Source of the DNA: Acidimicrobiales bacterium | GTDB lineage: Bacteria > Actinomycetota > Acidimicrobiia > Acidimicrobiales > Bog-793 | Length of the DNA: 64,000 bases | NCBI GenBank assembly: GCA_050744865.1 | Contig: JBOGHW010000015.1 | Span: forward strand, 7,554-71,553 | Reading direction: 5' to 3' | Shown: positions 26,475 through 33,774 of the stretch, one piece after another | Position numbering within the stretch: position 1 is the stretch's first letter | Layout: each line of letters begins with the position of its first letter | Notes under the pieces: model-generated | Database searches by the model: none | What the model saw: only the letters and a program-made list of their open reading frames with translations | What the model was told of the DNA's origin: nothing | Made by a program: the position numbers and the translations under genes

Positions 26475-27539
26475 GTGGAGCTAGCAGCAGCAGAGGAGCT
26501 GTCAGAGCGCCTGGGGCTCGACGCCGCGGACCGTTACTGGGTCGCCGGGCTCGATGCCGCCGGTGCCCCGTTCTGCGGCGTGAGGATCCCTGATGCCGTG
26601 GAGTCGGCCGCCACGCTCGCCCGGATAGGCGTCGCCGAGGCCGACGCGGCAGACGTAATTGCCACTTTGCCGTCGCCCGTGCGTGACCCCGAGTGGTGGT
26701 GGCTGCTCGAGCGGTCTGTCCACAAGATCGTGAGCGAGATGGGTGAGCCCGACAAGCTCCACGTCGGGTGGCCGGACTGGACGGCGGCCACGCCGGGCCG
26801 GCCGCTTGGCCAGCGCTGCTTCATGGCCCACGTCTACCTGGCGACGCTGCCCTACCTGGGCGCCTGGCACGTCGCCCATGGCATCCCCGAGGAGGTCTCT
26901 CTGGCGTCGTTTGCCGACCTGGCCCGGCACATGGCGATCCACCGCCGGGTCTTTGGCGAGGCAGGGGTCGACGCCTCTTGGTGGCTCACGCTCAGCTTGC
27001 GGGGCGAGGCCTTCGACCTCGGCCGCCTGCAGTTCACCTACTTCAGGCTCGGCCACGGCGACCAGGCCGTGTGGTGGTACCCGCCCGAGGCGGCTGCTGC
27101 GCTCGGGAGCGGCTTCCTGCATGGCGACTCCTGCATCGGCGTGCACATCCCCGAGGGAAGGCCAATGACGCCAGAGGCGTGCGACGAGTCCTTCGCGCTG
27201 GCGGCTGCCTTCATGCAGCGCTACTTCCCACCACCAGCTGGCCAACAGCGGCGAGTGGCGACCTGCTGGTCCTGGTTGCTCGACGACCAGCTTGCCGACA
27301 TCTTGCCGGCGAGTTCGAACATCGTCAGGTTCCAGCGGCGGTTCGAGCTGGTGCCCGGTTGGGTCCCCGGCGACGAGAGCGTCGCCGAGTTCGTCTGGAG
27401 AAGGCAATTGCCGAGCCAGGGCCCGACGCCGGAGTGGCTCGATACCTTGCCGCAGAACACGAGGCTCGAGCGGGCGCTGGTCGCGCACCTGCGGGACGGT
27501 GGGCACTTTCGCGTGAGGAGCGGCTGGCTCGACTTGTGA
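26475..27539 (+). CDS. Conserved hypothetical, acyltransferase-domain-like (resembles the actinobacterial DUF5596/GNAT_C-type family)
   Basis: The open frame continues from inside the GH20 gene. The first plausible start after the GH20 stop is GTG 26475. Codon bias looks coding. The family call is from memory of similar actinobacterial proteins (PEWWWLLER region) and is weak. Confidence 0.5.
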   Translation: MELAAAEELSERLGLDAADRYWVAGLDAAGAPFCGVRIPDAVESAATLARIGVAEADAADVIATLPSPVRDPEWWWLLERSVHKIVSEMGEPDKLHVGWPDWTAATPGRPLGQRCFMAHVYLATLPYLGAWHVAHGIPEEVSLASFADLARHMAIHRRVFGEAGVDASWWLTLSLRGEAFDLGRLQFTYFRLGHGDQAVWWYPPEAAAALGSGFLHGDSCIGVHIPEGRPMTPEACDESFALAAAFMQRYFPPPAGQQRRVATCWSWLLDDQLADILPASSNIVRFQRRFELVPGWVPGDESVAEFVWRRQLPSQGPTPEWLDTLPQNTRLERALVAHLRDGGHFRVRSGWLDL

Positions 27540-27542
27540 CGC

Positions 27543-28715
27543 TCAAGCGGTCGGGGCCACGGCCATCCGGTCAGAGACGGCGATGGCGATGACGACCGCA
27601 GCCGCCAGGACGCCGACTGCGATGGTATCGACGTGGGGCGCGACCAGGGACAAGAGCGCCAGCGCCATGACACCGTAGATGCGAGACCAGGGAATTACGC
27701 CCCAGATGGCTCGCTTGAAAGCGGCGTGGCCCGCCACGAACAAGCCGGTGCCGCCGAGGATCATCCATGCCGCCGGAGCCGGCGTGGCGATAGCGGGATG
27801 GGCGAGCAGTTCCTCGTTGCCGGCGGCGGCGGCGATGATCCCGCCGACGATGGCGGGGTGGATGACGTGGTAAGCGGTGCGTCCCAAGCGGCCCGGGTCG
27901 GCAGACTTCGAGACAACCTGTGACGCCGCTTCGGCCGATCGGTCGAAGTACAGCCACCACAGAGCAGCCACGGCGCAGAAGGCCACCGCCAAGGCGGCGA
28001 TCCCGGAACTGGTCACATGCGGCTCACGGGACAACGTCGTGCCCGTCAGGACGACGCACTCCCCGAGGGCAATGAGGACGAAGGCCTGGCAACGCTCGGC
28101 GATGTGGCTGCCTTCGATGTCCCACTCCGAAGTGGCGGACCGCCCGAGGCCGGGTGTGTAGAAGCCGGCCCAGCCTCCCAGCAGGTCCACCACAACGGCC
28201 GCCAGCCACAAGATGTCCCGCTGGCTGCCGTGAACGACCCCACCTGCCACGGCCAGGGCCCCACTTACGAGGCACCAGGTGAGAATGCGCTGGAAGTTGC
28301 GCTGCAGAGGCTGGCCGCGGAGCGCCCAGACGGCGAAAATGGTGCGCCCGACCTGCATGCCCGCATAGGCGGCCCCGACGGCCAGACCGCGCGATCCGAA
28401 GGCGTCCGGCAGCGCTGCCGACATGACGAGACTGACGATTCCCAGCCCCAGCAGCAATAGACGGATAGGGATGCGGTCGGGATCGAGCCAGTTCGTGACC
28501 CAGGCTGTGTATGCCCAGGCGAACCACACCATCGCCAGCAGGACGGCGGCCTGCAGCGCCCCGGTGGCGGTCGGGCGGTCGAGCAACTGGTGCGACAGCT
28601 GCGTCACCGCGAACGCGTAGACAAGGTCGAAGAACAGCTCGGCGTTGGTGACGCGAGACCCCTGGGAGCGGTCGCGCAGCAGGCTTGTCGTCGTGTCCCC
28701 GGCCATGGCGGTCAC
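27543..28715 (-). CDS. ltrA: Low temperature requirement protein A (LtrA) family membrane protein
   Basis: 390-aa polytopic protein. The N-terminal NAELFFDLVYAFAVTQLSH matches the LtrA hallmark ELFFDLVFVFA. Confidence 0.8.
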   Translation of the reverse strand: MTAMAGDTTTSLLRDRSQGSRVTNAELFFDLVYAFAVTQLSHQLLDRPTATGALQAAVLLAMVWFAWAYTAWVTNWLDPDRIPIRLLLLGLGIVSLVMSAALPDAFGSRGLAVGAAYAGMQVGRTIFAVWALRGQPLQRNFQRILTWCLVSGALAVAGGVVHGSQRDILWLAAVVVDLLGGWAGFYTPGLGRSATSEWDIEGSHIAERCQAFVLIALGECVVLTGTTLSREPHVTSSGIAALAVAFCAVAALWWLYFDRSAEAASQVVSKSADPGRLGRTAYHVIHPAIVGGIIAAAAGNEELLAHPAIATPAPAAWMILGGTGLFVAGHAAFKRAIWGVIPWSRIYGVMALALLSLVAPHVDTIAVGVLAAAVVIAIAVSDRMAVAPTA

Positions 28716-28727
28716 GCTACGCGGCGG

Positions 28728-30038
28728 TCAAGCTGGCAGGCGCAAGAGGCCAGTCGGGTCGAAGACGGCGTCGCCGCCGACGAGCGTCGCGACAACGCCA
28801 AGGTCGGCGTCGAGGAGGACAAGGTCGGCCGGACTGCCTGCCTCGACCCGGCCCACACCGAGTGCGTCAAGGCCGGCTGCTCTGGCGGGTGTCGCCGAAG
28901 CGGCCGTCAAGGCGTCGTCCACGGAGAGCCCTGCCGCGCCTACGAGGTTCCGAACGGCCACGTCCATCGTCAGCACGCTCCCGGCCAACGTCTGAGGGTT
29001 GGCGGCAAGGCTCACACGACCTCCTCGCACCTCGACGTCAAGGCGGCCCAACTGGTAAGTACCCGGCTCGAGCCCGGTTGCAGTGACGGCGTCGCTGACG
29101 ACCACGAGGCGACCGGGGGCGACGCGGGCGACCAGAGCGAGCACGGCCGGGTGGAGGTGCTCGAGATCCGCGATCACCTCTACTGTCACCCGGTCGTCCA
29201 GCAGAAGGGCCGTGACGGCGCCTGGCATCCGGTGATGGAGGGGGGCCATGGCGTTGAACAAGTGCGTGGCGTGCGTGGCGCCCGCCTCGATGGCGGTACA
29301 GGTCGCGTCGTAGGAAGCGTCCGTGTGGCCGATCGCAACTGCCGCCCCCAGCGAGAGCACCTCGGCGATGAGCTCGGTGCTGCGGTCCAGTTCGGGTGCA
29401 ACCGTCACGAGCCGGATGGCCCTGCCGGCCGCCGTTGCCAGGCGGCGCAGCTCGGCGATGTCGACCGGTCGCAGGGCCGACGGGTCCTGGGCGCCCATCT
29501 TGGCTCGGGCGATGAAGGGGCCCTCGAGGTGTATGCCCCGCACGACCGCCCCGCCATGCCCGCCACCATCGCCCGCCCCGCCGCTCCCGCTGCGATCAGC
29601 CTCCCCATGTCGGCCCTCGGCGGCCGGCCGGTCGGCACGCACCACAGCGGCCAGACCGGTCACGGTCGTGAGCAGTCGCTCCGGCGTGTCCGAGACAGTC
29701 GTGGCAAGCAGGGTGGTCGTCCCGTGGCGAGCGTGAAACCGAGCGATCCGAGCGACCGACTCGACGACTTCCGAAACGGTGCCGCCATTCACCTGGGCCC
29801 CGTCGCCGCCGTGCACGTGGACGTCGACGAAGCCGGGGGACAGCGTGAGCGGTCCGAGATCGACCAGGCCAGCCAGCGAGGCAGGGCTTGTATCGCCACC
29901 GCCACCCGCCGCCCGAGTGCGGACTCCAGCGCCGGTGCCGGCAATCGTGCCTTCTTCGACGGCGACCCATCCGGGCGACAGCATGCCGGCAGGGGTGAGC
30001 ACGCTGCCCGCCTGCAGCACGCGACTGGGAGAGGTCAC
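28728..30038 (-). CDS. nagA: N-acetylglucosamine-6-phosphate deacetylase
   Basis: GTG start at 30038 overlaps the stop of the upstream SIS gene (GTGA). Motifs are PGFVDVHVHGGDG, GIHLEGPFI, VAIGHTDASYD and ATHLFNAM. Confidence 0.88.
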   Translation of the reverse strand: MTSPSRVLQAGSVLTPAGMLSPGWVAVEEGTIAGTGAGVRTRAAGGGGDTSPASLAGLVDLGPLTLSPGFVDVHVHGGDGAQVNGGTVSEVVESVARIARFHARHGTTTLLATTVSDTPERLLTTVTGLAAVVRADRPAAEGRHGEADRSGSGGAGDGGGHGGAVVRGIHLEGPFIARAKMGAQDPSALRPVDIAELRRLATAAGRAIRLVTVAPELDRSTELIAEVLSLGAAVAIGHTDASYDATCTAIEAGATHATHLFNAMAPLHHRMPGAVTALLLDDRVTVEVIADLEHLHPAVLALVARVAPGRLVVVSDAVTATGLEPGTYQLGRLDVEVRGGRVSLAANPQTLAGSVLTMDVAVRNLVGAAGLSVDDALTAASATPARAAGLDALGVGRVEAGSPADLVLLDADLGVVATLVGGDAVFDPTGLLRLPA

Positions 30039-31069
30039 GTCAATGTGACCTTGCTGAGGCCCTGCGGGCTGTCGGGATCCACCCCGTAGAGACGGGCCAC
30101 CTCGAGTGCCAGCTGCTGGGACCGGACGACGGCGAGCACCGGCGCCAATGCCTCGGGAACGTCGGCTGGCCACTCCGCAGAGCTACCGGCGACCGGCCCG
30201 GCCACTCGCACGCTGGCACCCCGCTCGCGGAGGTCCCTCGCCAGGCAGAGCACGTCCTCGGCGGCGGGGCCGGGGTGTGCGAAGGCCAGGACAGGAATGC
30301 GTGTCGAGGCGACTGCGATCGGGCCGTGGCGCAAGTCGGCCGCCGAGAAAGCAGTGGAGAGAGTGGCGCTGGTCTCTTCGATCTTGAGGGCGCACTCGGC
30401 GGCCGCACCGAACAGGTAGCCCCTTGCAACCGTCGCGAACCGCCTGTCCTTCCGGGCGAGCCAGGCAGCCAGACGAGCGGTCGGCTCGGGCTCTCCCAGC
30501 ACGCCTGCAACCTGCCCCGGCAAGCGTGCCCAAGCGCCCTCGTCGATGCCCACGTCGCCGATTGCCTGGGCGATGAGGGCGAAGGCGGCGATCTCGGCGG
30601 TCACCGTCTTGGTCGCCGGCACGGCGACCTCTTCCCCCGCCCCGAGGTCGATCACGACGTCGGCGATGCCGGCGAGGGGACTGGCCGGGTCGTTGGTGAC
30701 CGCGATCGTCCGGCCTCCGAAGCGCCGTGCCTGCTCTAGCGACGAGGCAATCTCCGGTGTGCGCCCTGACTGGGAGACGGCGATCACGACGTAGCCGGTG
30801 TAGTCGATCTCTGCCTCGTACAGCATGTGGATGCTGGGCGAGGCCGAGGAGACAGGTCGCCCGGTTGCGACCTCGAGCAGATAGCTGCCACCAGTGGCGG
30901 CATGGTCGGACGAACCGCGGGCAACGACAACCGTCCCGGCGAGAGCCCCATCGAAGCACTCCCTCAGCCTCGCCCCGAGCTCGTCCCGCCGCCCGATGAG
31001 GGCGGCCAGGACATCGGGTTGCTCGGCCATCTCGGCCGCCATCCGTGTGCCGAGCGTGGGAAGGGTCAC
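30035..31069 (-). CDS. SIS-domain sugar isomerase/deaminase (GlmS-C-like glucosamine-6-phosphate deaminase, NagB-II/AgaS type)
   Basis: 344 aa with two SIS modules. The motif is AVSQSGRTPEI. It is coupled to nagA. Confidence 0.8.
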   Translation of the reverse strand: MTLPTLGTRMAAEMAEQPDVLAALIGRRDELGARLRECFDGALAGTVVVARGSSDHAATGGSYLLEVATGRPVSSASPSIHMLYEAEIDYTGYVVIAVSQSGRTPEIASSLEQARRFGGRTIAVTNDPASPLAGIADVVIDLGAGEEVAVPATKTVTAEIAAFALIAQAIGDVGIDEGAWARLPGQVAGVLGEPEPTARLAAWLARKDRRFATVARGYLFGAAAECALKIEETSATLSTAFSAADLRHGPIAVASTRIPVLAFAHPGPAAEDVLCLARDLRERGASVRVAGPVAGSSAEWPADVPEALAPVLAVVRSQQLALEVARLYGVDPDSPQGLSKVTLT

Positions 31070-31095
31070 GCTTGAGAGGTTAGTCGGAAGGTATC

Positions 31096-31854
31096 CTAAC
31101 TACTAGCAGCGGGACGGTGTTGCGCCGTCTCGGTGTTGCTCGACACCAGGCTGGTGTGAGCCGAGCGCAGGCGGCGGTCGAAGTGGTACTCCGCCGCAGC
31201 GGTGGCCAATTTCTCCACTTCGGCTGTCGCCCGGCTCGGCGGCACCGCCAGCGCCGCGCTCAGCTGGCCACCGAGTATCTGGCGGACCAGTGTCACAGTG
31301 TCCGGCAGGACTCCGACGCCGCTGCGGCAGGACTTGCACAAGAAACCGCCGACTCCGCTGTCGAAAGCGACCAGGGGGGCGTCCTGGCCGCAGGATGCGC
31401 ACTGCTCGACGACCGGCCCCACGCCCTCCAGGGCGAGCAGCTTCCAGAGGAATGCTCCGAGTATCACAGCCCCGCCGCTACTTGCCAGCGTGTGCAGGGC
31501 GCGGACGAGCAAGCGGAACTCCTCTGGCATCGGATGGCGCTCGACTGCCAGTTGGTCGATTGCTTCGAGCATCGTGAAGGCGAGCGGCATCCGATCGAGG
31601 TCGTCGCGGATCGGCCGGAAGTGGTCGACGACTTCGACTTGCTGGACGATGTCGAGCTCCCGTCCCTTCCAGCACATCACCGAGACGTGGGTCATCGGCT
31701 CGAGGCGTCCCGCCAGCTTTGACTTCGACTTGCGGATCCCCTTGGCCACGGCACGGACCTTGCCGTACTCGGGGGTTGCCAGCGTGACGATGCGATCCGC
31801 TTCGCCGAGGCGCATCGTGCGCAGCACCACCCCCTCGTCCTTGAAAGTCGCCAC
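31096..31854 (-). CDS. recO: DNA repair protein RecO
   Basis: 252 aa. The N-terminal OB region is EGVVLRTMRLGEADRIVTLATPEYGKVRAVAKG. The zinc motif is CASCG...FLCKSC. Confidence 0.9.
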   Translation of the reverse strand: MATFKDEGVVLRTMRLGEADRIVTLATPEYGKVRAVAKGIRKSKSKLAGRLEPMTHVSVMCWKGRELDIVQQVEVVDHFRPIRDDLDRMPLAFTMLEAIDQLAVERHPMPEEFRLLVRALHTLASSGGAVILGAFLWKLLALEGVGPVVEQCASCGQDAPLVAFDSGVGGFLCKSCRSGVGVLPDTVTLVRQILGGQLSAALAVPPSRATAEVEKLATAAAEYHFDRRLRSAHTSLVSSNTETAQHRPAASS

Positions 31855-31927
31855 GCTTGAACGCTAACGGGTCGATCACCTCACAACGGGGTGCCGGCCC
31901 CGCCGAGGCTCGGGCAGTCCGGATTGG

Positions 31928-33106
31928 ATGTTCCCCGTCTGGGAGACTGGTGGGGTGCAGCGGGGCTTGCTCACCAGCGTCGGCGTATTTCGAGTGGTCG
32001 AGTGGTTCTGGATGCTCTTCGTGCTAGTCGCCGAGGCGCGCTACTTGAGCGTGCCGTGGCTGGCCTGGGCACTCGTCTGCCTCGCCGGGCTCGTGACCAT
32101 CTGGCTGGCGGTGGTTCGCACGATCCGCCCGGCCCAGTTGCTCGAGCCGGTCTGTGTGCTTCCGGAGCTGGCCGTCGGCGTCGCTCTTTTGGTATGCGAC
32201 GGCCTGGTGTTCAAGCACGGCCACGTGTTCGGGCCGCAGAGCTCGCTGGCGGCGGGCTGGCCGCTGGCCGGAGTGCTGTCGGCTGGCATCGCCCTTGGGG
32301 CTGCCGGCGGATTTGGCTCCGGCGCCGCCATGGGTATCGCCCACTTCTACGCAGCTGTGCTGAACGGCGTGAGGGTGCTGGCGCTGACGTCCTCGCAAGT
32401 CGTGTCCGTCACCAGCTCGTTCGTCCTCTACATGCTGGTCGGCGCCGTGGCCGGTTACGCCGTGAAGCTGATCCGGCAGTCCGACGACGAGGTCGCCAGG
32501 GCGCGCGCCCGGGAGGAGGTCACGCGCACCCTGCACGACGGCGTCCTGCAGACCCTGGCGTTCGTGGAACGGCGCGTGGCCGATCCGCTGCTGGCCGGGA
32601 TGGCACGCGAACAGGAGAGGGAGCTGCGTACCTGGCTGGCGTCGTACACGGGGTCCTCGCCGGCGGCGAGCCGCGCCCCGGCCGGCAGGCGCAAGTTGCA
32701 TCGCCGTGGGGCCGGCGTCGACCGGGGGGAGCTCGAGCGACGCTTGCGGTTGGCTGGAGGCCGTCTCGAGGACAGCTACGGCGGCCGTGTGGACGTGATC
32801 GTCGCCGCCGATGTGCCTCTTCTGCCGGCCGGAAAGGCCGAGGCGATCACCGGAGCGGTCGGGGAGGCGCTCGTGAACTCAGGCAAGCACGGCAGGGCGA
32901 CCAGGGTCACGGTGTTCGTCGAACCGGCCGACCAGCACGGTGTGTTCTGCTCGGTGAAGGATGACGGCCTGGGCATGGACGTCGCGGCAGCGCCCGAGCG
33001 CCTCGGCATCAGCCGCTCCATCCGCGGCCGGATCGAGGCGGAGGGAGGGCGAGTCGAGCTTGCCTCGTCGCCCGGACGGGGCACGGAGGTGAGGATATGG
33101 GTGTGA
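31928..33106 (+). CDS. Sensor histidine kinase, HisKA_3/DesK-LiaS class (MacS-like)
   Basis: 392 aa with about 5 N-terminal TMs. The H-box is RTLHDGVLQTLAFV. The N-box is GEALVNSGKHG and G1 is VKDDGLGM. It overlaps the response-regulator gene by 10 nt. Confidence 0.85.
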   Translation: MFPVWETGGVQRGLLTSVGVFRVVEWFWMLFVLVAEARYLSVPWLAWALVCLAGLVTIWLAVVRTIRPAQLLEPVCVLPELAVGVALLVCDGLVFKHGHVFGPQSSLAAGWPLAGVLSAGIALGAAGGFGSGAAMGIAHFYAAVLNGVRVLALTSSQVVSVTSSFVLYMLVGAVAGYAVKLIRQSDDEVARARAREEVTRTLHDGVLQTLAFVERRVADPLLAGMAREQERELRTWLASYTGSSPAASRAPAGRRKLHRRGAGVDRGELERRLRLAGGRLEDSYGGRVDVIVAADVPLLPAGKAEAITGAVGEALVNSGKHGRATRVTVFVEPADQHGVFCSVKDDGLGMDVAAAPERLGISRSIRGRIEAEGGRVELASSPGRGTEVRIWV

Positions 33107-33720
33107 TCCGGGTCGTCCTGGCTGACGACCACCCCATCTGGGTGAGTGGGGTGGCTGCGGATCTCGGGGATGGCTTCGAAGTGGTGGGCAAGGCCGGGAC
33201 CGCCGAGGAGGCGCTCGCTGTCATCGCCGCTACGGCTCCGGATCTGGTCGTCTGCGACTTGCACATGCCTGGCGGCGGCGGCATCAAAGTCGCCAGGACC
33301 GCCGGAGAGGCGACGAAGGTGGTCATCCTCACCGTGTCGGAGTCTGAGAGGGACCTGCTCGACGCCGTGGCCGCCGGTGCTGTCGGCTACCTGGTGAAGT
33401 CTGCGGCCCCGGCGGAGCTGCGCTCGGCGCTGCTGCGAGCAGCATCCGGCGAGCCGGTGTTCGCGCCGGCGCTGGCCTCGCTCGTGCTCGGTGAGTTCCG
33501 GAGGCTGTCCAAGCAGGCGACGGGAGCCCAGCCTCTGTCCGACCGCGAACGCGAGGTGCTCCAGCTAGTGGCACGAGGCCACTCCTACAAGGAGATCGGC
33601 TCCGAGCTTTACATCGCTGAGAAAACCGTCGAGAACCACGTCCGCAACATCCTCGGCAAACTTCACCTCAACCGCCGGCAGGAGCTGATCCGCTACGCCC
33701 TGGAGCACGGGATCGAATAG
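33097..33720 (+). CDS. NarL/LuxR-family response regulator
   Basis: 207 aa. The receiver reads VVLADDHP...DLVVCDLHMPGGGG. The LuxR HTH is LSDREREVLQLVARGHSYKEIGSELYIAEKTVENHVRNILGKL. Confidence 0.92.
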   Translation: MGVIRVVLADDHPIWVSGVAADLGDGFEVVGKAGTAEEALAVIAATAPDLVVCDLHMPGGGGIKVARTAGEATKVVILTVSESERDLLDAVAAGAVGYLVKSAAPAELRSALLRAASGEPVFAPALASLVLGEFRRLSKQATGAQPLSDREREVLQLVARGHSYKEIGSELYIAEKTVENHVRNILGKLHLNRRQELIRYALEHGIE

Positions 33721-33774
33721 CGAATTGGGGGCTCGCCTGGCGACCTTTAGGGGGAGACCCCGATTGTCGGCAGC

